Shown here in pieces: positions 19,554 to 33,148 of a stretch of 64,000 nucleotides of DNA (positions are counted from its first letter, which is position 1; every line of letters starts with the position of its first letter). This DNA comes from Owenia fusiformis (Eukaryota): assembly GCA_903813345.2 (NCBI GenBank), contig CAIIXF020000001.1, positions 14,818,001-14,882,000 on the forward strand, written 5' to 3'. Under the pieces are notes generated by a model. The model was not told the DNA's origin, did no database searches, and saw only the letters and a program-made list of their open reading frames with translations. Made by a program: the position numbers and the translations under genes.

Positions 19554-21721
19554 TCTTCCACTAACGCGATCATCAGCTCCGTGCCTCGCGAACTACGTAC
19601 CTTCCACTCGAACCAAAGTTCTCAAAACGCGAATATCGATTCTTTAGTGGTGAACCACCAATTCCTCTTTCCCGAACATATTTCTCCACTCGCGAACTGA
19701 TTTCCCACATCGCGATCGGGAGCCACAAAGCTGTTTGTTTAGCGATGGGGAATTCGAATGTGATGTTTCGAAGAAATGGAGGACGAAGTGGCTCAGATAA
19801 TCGGAGTTGCCTCCATTTTGGTCTGTAACGCGTTGCAGCCTCGTTTTGAACAGCTACGCGTGGCTGCGCCGCGTCACCTCAACCCACCTTGATATTGAGA
19901 AAGATTCATATTACGAAACAATTGTTGGTAATGGCACGCTCGTCACGCTATCACACCCACCCGGCTCATTATCGGTAGCGTAACTGCGTGTACCAAGGGT
20001 GAGATATGGAGTGTTAACATACCGTATTCAAATAACATAATCAAGATATGACCGAAATTACAAAGCCAAAATTCCATGTGTAAGTGATGAAAACGAAAAT
20101 TTTCGATTCTTGTCAAGTAATTTGAAAGATAGGTACAGTGTAAGCATCACGATGATTTTTATGGACATTACAGATTGACACTAATCCAGGGTATGATGTT
20201 ACACCCCTGGGAGGTGTTGCAGATATCTGTGGATGTAGATTGCCCGAGACTGGCCTGCAATGCAATTTAGTCATAACAACTGAAAAAAGGATTCTCCATT
20301 GCGATCGGGAGAAAAATGAGCGTTGATGCGGCTACTGATTAATGCGGGCATTAACTATTGCTAACTATAGCCAGCAAAATGTCCAGAACACTAGCCATAT
20401 ACATTCATCTCCAGCTAGATCTAAAGATGCCTTGGTAGTCTGATGATGCATCCTCAGAAACTATCTAATGAAATTAATTTGTTCCCATGTGACGTCATTG
20501 ATTAACGTAAATAAGATATAATTCACGTGAAATTCATCAATATTACTAAACATCCCCGATAGATAGCCATTGGACATATTTTATTCTAATCATAGTGATT
20601 CCCAAGCTGGGAGCGATCGATGGACTATATTTAGCTTTCGCCTACTCAAAACGATACTGACTAGTGATAAATATAGATCTGAGAAGGTTATAAATAGACC
20701 ACAACCACTGTTATACTGCGTAGACTTCCACAAAATGCACCGGGTTGCTTTCTGTGATTCATATGCATATACTCATTTGTTTTATGCACTTAATTGATAT
20801 CACATGTGGTATGTTTCGCAATCCCAACTTTCTACCACAATAGTTGGATATCGTGAATGTCATGAGTGTCCTGGTTATGGGTATCAGAGCCGTCATGCTG
20901 GATTACTCTCGAAAGTGATTCAGTGAAATACGCCCTAGATTGAAGATACTGGTCGTCCAGTTGGTCCAAACCCCGATCCGAACCCACTGGTCCCAAATGC
21001 GTAAATAGTCCTTTGATCTAAAAAGATACTGAAGAATCGTAATATCTCACAAGATATCCCGAATAGAGTACACGCTGATGTCCAAAAGAGCATCAATCCG
21101 CATGTCAAATGTTCCCAAATATCAATAGTACGATTAAATAAAGATCAAATCTCAAATGAATATTCTTGATCTTCGATACACTACAAATCGAAATCAAACG
21201 ATTATAATTACAAACCACGAAGTCTTGTTTTTTACACTTCGATTGCTTTAATATTATCAGACACTAAATTAGACAAATACGTTGTTCCAATCAAGAAAAC
21301 ACAAGCGATAATTCTCCGTCTATGATATAGCTGTAATTCACTTGGAACTGTTCATTGTGCCTGGACAATACGAGCGTTAATCAACACGTCAGCAGGCATC
21401 TTTACCAATAAGGCCAATCAATGAATTAAACCACACACTCAGAATCTACAAAAACAAACGGAAGACTGACAAACAAACAGTAACTATCGTGAGAGATCAT
21501 AGCCTTCCATCATTTTGCTATTGCTAGTTGAAAACAAAATATGAAACGAGTATCAGAATCTGAACAATTGCAAATAGTTACCGACCCGTGACATTTGACA
21601 AACAGACAAACAAGGCAGTAAAATGCAAAATGTCACAACCTGCCATTTGTTACTGGCGCCGAACTCCGACCACCGAACTGCGTCCTCAAAAATTTGTAAA
21701 GTAGCGAATAAGTAAGTTCAT

Positions 21722-21812
21722 ATACCCTGCGCGCAGAGTCTAGTTATAAACTAAAGAAGAAGCTCTCTTTTAAAAAGCGACGTCGAACGATTGCAAAGAG
21801 TAGTTTAAGTCC
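21722..21812 (+). repeat. Dispersed repeat (transposon-end-like); inverted copy at 37841-37932
   Basis: ATACCCTGCGCGCAGAGTCTAGTTA...GAAGCTCTCTTTTAA...ACGATTGCAAAG matches the reverse complement of 37841-37932. Confidence 0.7.
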
Positions 21813-22452
21813 ATTGTTGTTTCAAGAATTTACTTCAAGTAAACTTGCATTTCTCGAAAGTTAGTAACTTTGCGAAATCAGTAACTTTGGAGCTTCATAG
21901 TGTCCATACGGTGCCTATTTTCGAACTTTTGGATAATTTTGGCTTCATATGCAATGAACCGAGGCAATTTGCTTTTCCATAAGAAGGTATTCCTCTGCAA
22001 AGCCTTATATAGTACAATGATATTCGATCAGTAATCATGACAGTGTGTTACAGGCCTAATCTATTATGACAAAGACAAATTGATTTTTACAGGAACACTT
22101 TTCGAATTGTTTGTCGTTTACACAGAGATATACAACAACAAAGAACGATGTGCAAGGATAATCTTAATTAGGTCAGGTCCCGTAGATAAAAAATAAAATA
22201 AACACCATGTCAGTCACGTCATCCAATATGCAAATTGGAGAGGATGACCTGGAATAATATACAATGACACTATAACACAGTGACATTACAAAAAAATACG
22301 CCCAGGGAAGAATTCCCAAGAGGCACTAAAATCAAATGCAAAGAACATAATTCAGAAAATTCCCGAACGTCAGTAAATGACGGTATATTCCATATTTTAC
22401 ACTCAAAGACAGAGACAGAAACCCGAGGGAAGACCCGAAGGAAGAGTTCTGT

Positions 22453-22547
22453 GTACTTTTACGTGCACCGATACACAGACATACAAGCACACACCACAAC
22501 CATTTATAAATACATACATAGTATATATAGGAGTTGTGGACCACTGT
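22453..22547 (-). mobile_element. Possible decayed SINE central-domain fragment (Meta/MESC-like)
   Basis: CTTTTACGTGCAC...ACAGACA...AAGCACACACCAC...AGTTGTGGACCACTG resembles, from memory, the reverse strand of the conserved molluscan SINE core. Not verified. Confidence 0.3.
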
Positions 22548-24083
22548 CAAACACCCTGAATTTACCATCCATATAAATGGAAAAATAGATGGCATCATGG
22601 GTGTTGGTAGGGCTAGAATACATGGGCATGTATTAGGAAGAGTCACTTAATCTCATGATCTAACAAGTAATTCCATTTGCACTGGTGATCCACTCGATTA
22701 CGCTGGTTACCAAAACGGTTCGTTTTGGTAACAAAATGTCGGAACGTCGAAGGTACGATTTTTCTCTCAGTTTTCCTTATTTCACACGTTGTAGGCAGAA
22801 TTCCCACGACATTTTTTAACACAAACATGTGTCAGTATCATATGTTTAAGAAAATGTACATACGTGCGGACAAGTAGTTCAGAAGAAAACAGAATCGTCG
22901 ATTTAATTCCTCACTTAAGTTACATAATCGGTTTTGGTTAAAAGTGTAGATCTTAACTGTTTTTCGAAAAACCGTTTATGTAACTGATGGATCAAGATGC
23001 TTGAAAGTGGGATAAACTAATCAAGGACATGAAGGACGGACAGACTCTCTGTATCCCTCATGAACTATGTTTGTGGGATAATAAAGATACATACACGGCT
23101 AAAATCAAAACAATTAGGTGGGTCGGAATTTCAAAACAGAACACTACATGGAAACTCTGATTACAGACAACAAACTTCAATTCTGTTTACATGATCGACA
23201 AAATCACTCGACTTTCGCTGTCCCAATTTACACATCATCAACTCCTTTTCTTTTATCCACCCTTGTAGTATAGGAAGATTAATCAGTTTGTCATGCCTAT
23301 CAATAGTCCTGTTTCCTAAGGTGTAATGGATTTAACTGGAGTTGTCTCTACAAAATCATGATTAATATTACCCTAGATGGGTTGCTTGTATAACATCTGA
23401 TTTATGTCAGGCTAAGAAACAGTTAGCTTAACTGAAAAAATTATATTCGGTTTTAGTATGATCTGATGGTGTATGGGTGAGATCATGACCGATGTCGTAA
23501 ACTTTTGTTGCGTCGATCTTTGATAAGAATGTGAACAAAAGTTCAAACGTGAATCGCACATTCCTCTGCATTTGTTTATTAAATTCCTGTTCCTGTTCTT
23601 GTTAGTTGTCTTCGTAGAAATGTCGCGTGGTTTTACAAAAACTTATAGACCTACTTGTAATACATTGAAAATATAAGAAAGCAACATTTCGATTGTATTG
23701 TAGTTTATTAGTTTTTGCAGCCCGGACGCACATTTTGCAATTCTAAGTAGCAACTTATTATTGAAAAGCTTGCGCGGAAAACATACATCTTGGAATATAA
23801 GGAAACATACACGGGCTTTGCGATCATTGATATTTTCAAAATCAATCGTTCTACTAAAGCCTGCGGCGTGTGTGTTGATACCAACGACATTTAATGTGTG
23901 CTATTTTGATGTCATTACGATTTGGTTATCATAATCATGCGATATATACTGCAAATATTGCTTAATATTTCTCAAGAACAGCTTAAATGATTTGTTTGTC
24001 AAAAAAACAAAAGTTTTGTTTTGCCGGATTACAGCACATACAGGGCATCGATTGCGTTGATATTTTTCAAACTACATAAAAAA

Positions 24084-24230
24084 GCGAATGCAACTAACGC
24101 CTGTCGGCTACCGGATTAACCTACTCATTTAAATATGAATGGAATAGTGACAGGTACTATTCACATTTAAATGAGTTGCCCATAAAATAGTAGGTTAATT
24201 CGGTAGCCGACAGGCGTTAGTTGCATTTGC
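24084..24230. repeat. 147-bp foldback / small MITE with nested inverted repeats
   Basis: 42-bp arms GCGAATGCAACTAACGCCTGTCGGCTACCGGATTAACCTACT and its reverse complement (2 mismatches), plus an inner IR ACTCATTTAAAT.TGAAT / ATTCA.ATTTAAATGAGT. Confidence 0.85.
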
Positions 24231-27200
24231 GAATACAAGCTTGGTTAGGCTATGTTGGTAGTTGCATGGTACTTTGAAATGAAAACGAGAGTCCATAAAA
24301 CGTATACATTTCGGTTAAAAGAGCAAGCCACATAAGCCTGAGCAGATCGTGCCATCTATACCACCGGTCATCAATCCGCCAAAATTCACTGTCAGACAGG
24401 TCAACCCCCGGTACATTCAATCCAGGATTAGTATCACTTCAACCATACACTGCCCCACTAATCCACTAAGTATGCTAACATATAGGAGTTTCCCTAAGTG
24501 TACCATTAAAATAATCACATGAGACGGATCAACAAATGTAAATACTATAAAACTAATAATAAGAGACTGGAGTGAGAATAAAAGACTTCAGCCATTCAAC
24601 AGTTTACACCTTAAATAGTTTGACAAATACAATTCATTGAAGAAAGAATTATTAAGTACTGTATATTGACTTTCAGGAGACTTCAAAATAACATGTAGGG
24701 TTGTACAAGTGATAGGTATACAATACATTTAGTATAAACTAATGGAGAAACATTTGAGAAGTTGACAAAACAACTGGAAATATACCACAAGATGCACCTG
24801 TAAGGACAATGATAATTGCCAATCAGACTGAGATTGACACCTGGACAGAGACCTGCAATGAACCGTCATACTTGTAAGTATAATCTAGGTATAATCAAAT
24901 GGTTGGGACAAGAGGTTCTGTGACATGCATGTGACAAAATGCTATAGCTATCACAACTTGTGAAAAATTGGTTAAAACGATTACTAGTAATTGTCACTCA
25001 CTGGCAGACTGCTGGTTGATGCATTAAAAAGATGGGTAAGCCACAACGTCAGAAGAATAACTGGTTTAGAGACTGAGAATCAAATAGCATTGTAGCATAC
25101 CACAGTACTAGTAGATGATCTAAGGTTTTGTCCATTCTAATACTCATAGCATCTTTCTGTTTCACCTGAAACATTATCTCAGGGCTGAGAGGATTTGAGG
25201 TATCATGGTTTATCATGATGGGTTTGTCTATGAAGACAGAATTCGAGAAGGACTACATCCTTCACACATCATATAGCCTAGTGTTGGATTCTCCAAAACG
25301 AAGAGCTCTAGACATCATCGGCCAAGCTGTACAGTTGAAGCTTATAAGCTCCCATACACTGTTGTCAACTGCGATGCGTTCAGAATCAGCTCAGTAACCA
25401 GTAGTCTAGCTACAAGCCTCTCTGACCACCCTCTACCCACCCTCTCATAGTAGTGTGGGGGGTTACAAGGGCGTGTTGGTAGAAATTAGTTGACAATAGA
25501 AAAATCCAATAAAATACAAATTAGAGCGAAGACTTCAGAATAGTTTCCTGGAGTACTGAACAGGGTAGACAATCGCTTTGTGGTTCATGGTATAACATTC
25601 TTCACCATGATCTAAGCAAGAAAAGAAAAGCCCCGAGTGCCGGGCAAATCAGGAAAAGTTTAAACGTCATCAAACCACTCCAAGGTGTAAGTCAATATAG
25701 CTGTCGGAAGGACTCTTGATGCAGTTGAGGTGGATATAGTACTGTCAAATGCAATGTGAGTGTTTGAAGAGGATGTATCTAACTTGCAAACTGGCTCTGT
25801 TGGGTAGTGTGGTATGTGTCAACCTTCACTTCTCTCTCAGCGTTGAGATGCAGCTCAGTCCAAGTTTATTTTAAGCCGGGTTGGCCACATAATATAATTC
25901 TAAACAATCTGAAATGACGAAATATACAAAATAAATTAAAAACAAATGCTTGGGACCAAAGTTATAAATTTCCGAACAAGGTGGAGAATGTGACTCAGGT
26001 ATATGGGACAGACAACGTCATTAAGATTCAAACATTGAAAGTTTTTGATATGCTATCACATGACGGATGGGAGTGTACAGTATGTCCCAATATTAACTTT
26101 CTAGACGCCTAATAGTTCTGATTAATATATGCAGGACACATTACAAAATGTACGATGCGAAATGTATATATGCATGGTTTGGTATCGATAAATAAATCAT
26201 TGCACTAACAGATTGAGAAGAAAATCTTATTGATAGGAGCTGAATAATTAATACGTAATTTGTAAGGCATGTCCGGATCTTACCATAATCCAATTAAGGA
26301 AATTATGCCTTGACCAGTCTTTCGTCTCTTCAAACAATACGTATAAGGCACATCGGATGCCAAATCGTCAACAAAAGTGTTGTTGTCCAGGCAACCTGGT
26401 GTCTGGATAAAAGTGTCTCCCGTGGGAGATATTTACGCGTGTGAGTTTGATATCAAAGGCATGTATCTCTGGAATGAAGATGTATAATTTCTCTATTTGC
26501 AAAATAAATAATTCAATCTTTGATCAAATCAAAGTCCGTAGTCGAATGCATTGGTATACCTTTCTAGGAGGCGTCGTCCCTGGCCTCTCCCGCAGTGGCC
26601 TTCATCGATCAAAATATCTTGGGCAATAATGCCATTGTCATTGTTCCCAGAGCTAAACTATACTGCGATAACCGCACCGCGCGCCCCCAATAGTCTTGAT
26701 CTCACCCAAAGTTCTTTCGCAAATAACCGACAATAGGTGGTCTGGTTCACCAGAATGCTGTTCCACCGTTCGAATGATATATAATTATATATCAATATAA
26801 GAAAATGCCCTAAAGATTTAACAAGGTTTCTTACATCTATTCTACAGTTCTATATTTTAGCGCCATACTTCATGTTTCGGGAGTCTCTCGCAGTTAATCC
26901 GATAGACCAACGATCGGGAAGTAAAACATGAACGTAGGAGGTTAGAATGCAGAGGGTCACATCTGTCTATCTGTTCGTTCAAAGAATTGCTACGTCGGGA
27001 TTGTCTTGTTCGATAATACAACCTCAACCCAGCCTCCCGGCGGTTTTAGTTTTAAAGCTTCTAGTTTATGATGTTCCTTAGCTAGATAGCCATTATCATA
27101 TATCACAAAACTATAGGAAATAATTCAATTTGCCACATAATGAAGTGTTATTCGTTGACCCAATGGGCATATTGTGTAGGCCTTCTGTGCCAGAATTATT

Positions 27201-30200
27201 TCAATATTTCTTCCTATAATACCCTCAGGCGATTAGAAATATGCATGGCTATATAAATATTAACAATAAAAAATTCCACCAATTTAAAGTGCCGTATTGG
27301 CCTAACAAAAAGCTATTGCGTTTACATATTAAGGACCACTCACTTGATCGTCACAGATCTTCCAGGTACTTGATTATTGGTTATACTTATACCTTTATTA
27401 CTAAATAAATAAAGACTGGATTACTTCTGCTACCTTGTGGTTAAATTAGTTCTAAAAGAGCGCAAATCGTTTATTCTTTCCGTGTGAGAGATAACACACG
27501 TTAGAAGTATGGTCTTGGCGTTGTCGTGGCAACGGATTTATTAATTCATTTCAACTGCGCCGTGTGTAATAAATGTCGTTGTGTACAGATTATTGAACAT
27601 AGATGTTGTAATGTACTAAAATACGATTATAAAAATGAACAATATCTTCTCATTGTTACTCTGATAATTACGAATTGGAAAATTGAATTGGAAATGAGCA
27701 ATCAATTTTAATTCAGATGATAACATTCGTATATTAGTAATCCGTCTGTTTTTATTTATATGTTATTGAAGATTTATCAACCAGAAAAAGCTTCCGATGT
27801 TGATCATGGACCTGGGAAACATAAATATGATAATATTCATCTGCTTAGTTTAATTTTCATATGGGTAGAGGCATTAATAGGTCCCTGATATGGAATATAT
27901 CAACTTAGATTATTCATCACTGGTTGATTGTGGTATACAGAGAAATGAATCCGGATGCTGGCCTAGCAGGCACAATTACGCATGCGCGTCGGAGAGGATG
28001 TTAATTTCAAGATGAAACAGACGGATTAACACGGTGTATCTCTTCTTATAAAATATAAATGTGTACTTTGATTATTCATTAAGCAATTAACACTCCAAAT
28101 GGATATATACGTTGTGATATTATAATGAAAAGAAGAATAGGCCTAGCAGATATGTGAAATATCCAAGAGATAAACACAAGTAGATTTAGGGAGAACATAT
28201 ATATCAAGATGATAATGGCACGGATGAATACGAATACATTAAACTGGTTATGATATTAAATAGAAAAATATACTAAGCCATAATATAACCATGAACCGAG
28301 ACATTATGATGGCGATTCTAAGGATGGAAGAGGGCAGGGAGTCATAATTCACCGTTAAGTGTGGCTTTGCCCGCAATAAACTCCAGGAAATTGCACATGT
28401 TGGAGAATATTAGATCTACCAGCACCGAAGGGGATATATTAATACAGGTCGGTTGATTCAGGCGTGTTTGGTTAGAGGATACATGAACATATTCTCATTA
28501 ATATGATTTTTTCATACCTAAATAATGTTCAGTACCTAATTGAGTACCTAAAAGAGAGCAAGTGTGGCAAAATCAAGCTGTTCATACAATCGGTCGCCCT
28601 GAAAATTAAAATAGGATATTGTCTTTCCTAGAAAGCTTACAAATGTATGAGAAGTATGCTACAATATCAATATTACTCGTATTTTACTACTACCGGATAA
28701 AAATCCATAGTTTACAGCTGAAAACACTAGTCATTTTATCATGGTAGTATCGGATATTTCTTGGGGTCGTAACCTCCCTTTCCATACTACTTTGCTTAGT
28801 CCTGATAAAGACTGCACAGCGTGGGCTATAACTTATGTCTACATACATCACCGGTACATGATTTCAAACCCACAAGATTCCGAGCACCAGATTTGTCAAG
28901 ACGTCAGTATATCGTGTTACAACTACAGCTAAACGCGATAGGTAACTAAGTATTCTAAGAAAAACCAGCTGTTGGCTGTACTAGACATGGTAGACACGAT
29001 ATCACAAGGCTTCTTTCATCTAGATACATGTGATATAGATCAAGAAGATGTGTAACTAGTATTAGAACACGTGCCTAGTATAAGATATATAGCTTTTGAT
29101 ACTGATAATTATACATATTCTAAATTTACGCTGATGATATAATGCGAAATATTAAATCGCGCGTAAGCGATCTAAATGGGACTTCCGTTTCTGGAAAATG
29201 TATTGTTCATTAGCAAACTGTAATATTGATAGGGCAGGTGTCACCATCTATCTTAAATCAGAGTTCTACACATGTATCTGCTTTGTTTTTGTTATTCAAT
29301 GCGCTCAGAACCATGCCTTTATCGGTGACGGACACGGACGGTGAAACGCAAAACCACGATACCTACGTGTCTGTAAGACGGTCCGCATCGACGTCAGATA
29401 CAGGTGTTACTGTTTATTTTAGACCGTGGCTGTCACCTCCCAATAATCCGGACCATCAATAAGCAATATTTTTATTACCATATATCGGTAGATCGCGTAG
29501 GCGTTTAACAATAGCATAGTAAGCTTTTTCAAATCGGATTTGAGACTACGCTGACAATTACACTCCGAAGTACGAATGCGTCACATGCTATTTATTAATT
29601 TAAACCTACATAGACAATATATCACATTATGTAATTCATTGTGTACATTTATTGGCTTAGATACTAAAACATAATGTATTTCAACGAGTTTACAATCATT
29701 CGAATATGACTGGTCAGTATCAGAAGAAGGTAACGACTGCTACCTTCTTTTAACACAATATGGTAAATGTTGATTTCGATATTTCCATCGAATTAAACGT
29801 TTCCGTTTAGCTTTGAATTTTCGATAATATCAGGCTTTTAATGGCATATAAAATCCACAAACTGATAAAGAGCTCCTATGTCATGTGGGGACGCCACGAT
29901 AGGGATTATTTCTAATGTTTAGGCCAGGGTACGATAACGTGAATCTGTCATTGGCGGTCGACGAATTCACGTTATCGTTCCTAAGTGATAGAACATGTAG
30001 GACTGTTGTCCCTACTCGATATATGAACACTCCATCACGTTGTGAAGTTTCTTCATTGTATAAAACTTGGGTGGTCGAAATGTCAAAACCGAATCTCCAC
30101 GTTAAAGTGGTTTAATTCGATGAAACTAAAGATTGACCAATGAACCGTTACTCGTTTACCAGTTTGATTTTTAATCAAAGTTCATACCTTGGTAGCCAGT

Positions 30201-30885
30201 GACTGTGATATTAATAAACGGTTCCAACTAGAAATCGATTTTAACAATTAGTTTTTAGATTTTAACAACTAGTGCGGTAGGTTAGTTCGAATATTTAATT
30301 GTCCTCCCATTAGAATAAACTTCTGCCAGACATCAACTCGACTCATCTGCAATAAAATAAAAGGTTACACACTCAAATAAAGTACCAGTAAATTACTTAG
30401 GAATTGACGCACTTGGAAAAAACATCATCTAAAAGGGCAAATGGTGAAATGCCATGCATTTTGAATGTTGACTAAATACCAGACTGAGATGCAACTTAAT
30501 ATTGCAACCTCAATAATACATGTTTCAATTAACCAGTTGAAAGAGAGGCTCAGTATCCAGTTGTCAAATTTCCAAATAGGCCCATGGCAGATTTCACCGG
30601 CCGTCATTCAAGCAACGTCTATGTCAATGAATGTGAATGACGCAATGAAGGTTTGTGATCACAAGAGTACGTGGTAGGAATGGACGGGTAAACAAAACCC
30701 TTTGAATGTTGCAAGGTTGATATTCTCTTTTACATAAGAGATGCTCAACTATGTAATGCATAAGGCGCTATATTCGAAGCTTGACAGCTGGAAAAGGGAA
30801 AATAATTAATTAATCTTGAATTATTAACCTAAACATTTAGGTATACACCACACTGTTCTATGTAGGTCTATGCATTTCACACATA

Positions 30886-31761
30886 CACTCCCCTCCATAA
30901 GTTTGGCAACCTTAGCTCCCCCATTGAACTACGTGTTAAAGCCTCTTTACCATTGAAGTTTTATTTACTTAACCTACGATGAAAATACTTATACTATTGA
31001 TGGAAACGTAATTTGACTTTATTTCCAATACCTCCAAATTTTCTCAAATTTTTTCCTCAATTACAATAAGTCGAAAATTGATGATACATTTGATGAATTT
31101 TTGAAAATCGACATTCCCATGTTAACCAATGGGAAATGGTAGGTTTGCCGCAAGTCATATGGTAGAATATCCATCCATCCGAGTCATTGCAAAAAATACG
31201 AGCTAGGCAGGCAATTGAATTTGCTAACTTTATTTAACAAAAAATTTATATGTTTCTTCAGGATGAACAAAGTAATAGGACTTTAAAGTCAAAATTGTTT
31301 TTCAAAAAACCTCTCCCATTGAAATTACACATTAGGCGAAACATTATTTTGAAAAATGACTTTGAAGCGCTGTAACTTAGTATTCATAAAATAAACTAAA
31401 CACTCAGTGTACAAAAAAGTTGGACAATTCACTTTTCCGTATAAAAATATTTTTTGCTGAATCTTTTACTGAAAATATATCCTGATTTCTGATTTGCCCC
31501 GAACCCTCCATTTCCCATTGGATTACATGGGAATGACGATTTTCAAAAATCCATCAAATTTATGATCACATTTTGACCTATTGCAATTGAGGGAAAAAAT
31601 TGAAAAAATTTGGAGGTATTGGAAATAAAGTCAAGTTACGTTTCCATCAATATTATAAGTTATTTCACCGCCGGTTAAGTAAATAAAAATTCAAACGTGA
31701 AGAGGCTTTAACACGTAGTTCAATGGGGGAGCTAAGGTTGCCAAACTTATGGAGGGGAGTG
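30886..31761. mobile_element. Non-autonomous Tc1/mariner element with long (~250-bp) TIRs
   Basis: TA|CACTCCCCTCCATAAGTTTGGCAACC...GGTTGCCAAACTTATGGAGGGGAGTG|TA; the outer ~60 bp are perfect and similarity continues to ~31143/31505. Confidence 0.92.
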
Positions 31762-32836
31762 TACGCGCACGAGGGTAATGACACTAATCAGCGGTGTCCC
31801 GAGGAATTTTACAAGGGAAGCGTCTTGTAAAGAGCAAAAATGGTCTCCATCATCATAACTTGCCCTTTAAAATGTTTAAGCCTGGCTTCTCCACCTCTTG
31901 GGCCAGATCAAATGGTTCTACAACGTTCAAATATTCTTGGGAAATGAGGTGTAACTCATCAAAAAGAACTCAAATATATCAATCTTAGATATCCCAATAT
32001 GCCCCAAGTTTACAGTGACATCAATTAACGTAAATACTGACGAAAATTGGTTTTGATACATAAAGAATTGGTTGCTTTATCAGAGAAGAATAAATTGAGA
32101 CTACCACTGTGAGGATGTTGAAAATAATTGTATCCTCATCGTTGTAATTGGCTGTTTGACAGTTTGATCGAACACCACAATTCGCTAATGGTAAACCTAT
32201 TGGCGTAGAAACATGTTTTAAATGTATTTGTAACAACTTTTTAACAGTAATGTCATGGGCTGAGTTTTCCAGCTGTGTATTAATAGGAACTGTAAAACAG
32301 GAAGTATTGTATCACTTACTTCAATGTCAATCTCACCCTTAGTGCTCCCTGGAAAAAAATATGGGCCAATATGTTCAGGCTCATTGTTAAATCTTATATC
32401 ACGCTTGGGAATTTATTACGCATATATACCTTAGTGTTTGATTTCAGATGCTCCCAAAGATGTAACTTGTCTAAGAAGAGCGATACCCAACTATCACAAA
32501 CCACACAATCACCACATCCTTGTTGTAACACCGAAGCCTAAGGCAACTGAATACACAACACCAGGAGATATTTTCCAGAATACAATGTTAATGTAAAAGG
32601 AACATGGAGTTTTCATGAAACATGGATGGATGCGACCATCATTGATCCAATTGTACATCGTAGAAAATAAATATAAACGTTACGAATATCACCACAGCAA
32701 TACAATATATCATTTTGAGTATAAAATTTATCACCAGTCGTACTGGTCTCACCAACTGAAGTTATATATAGTTCCTCACATATAGATGTCTCTATGATTG
32801 TATGCATGAGTTGCTGTGTGCTGCCTGACACTGTGA

Positions 32837-33148
<312 letters not shown>

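Noticed and set aside
20430-20490. CTGATGA...GAAA hammerhead-like core (a second one at ~29125-29170)
   Set aside because: Stems I-III cannot be closed around a valid NUH site in either case.
20879-20892. GGTATCAGAGC resembling an LTR primer-binding site
   Set aside because: It matches the plant-type iMet PBS, lacks an adjacent LTR end, and no paired LTRs or gag-pol are present.
25200-26770. Moderately GC-rich stretches with hints of RT-like words (AFDS, LADD) on the minus strand
   Set aside because: The motifs are isolated and not in consistent frame or spacing; a translated search would be needed to support a call.
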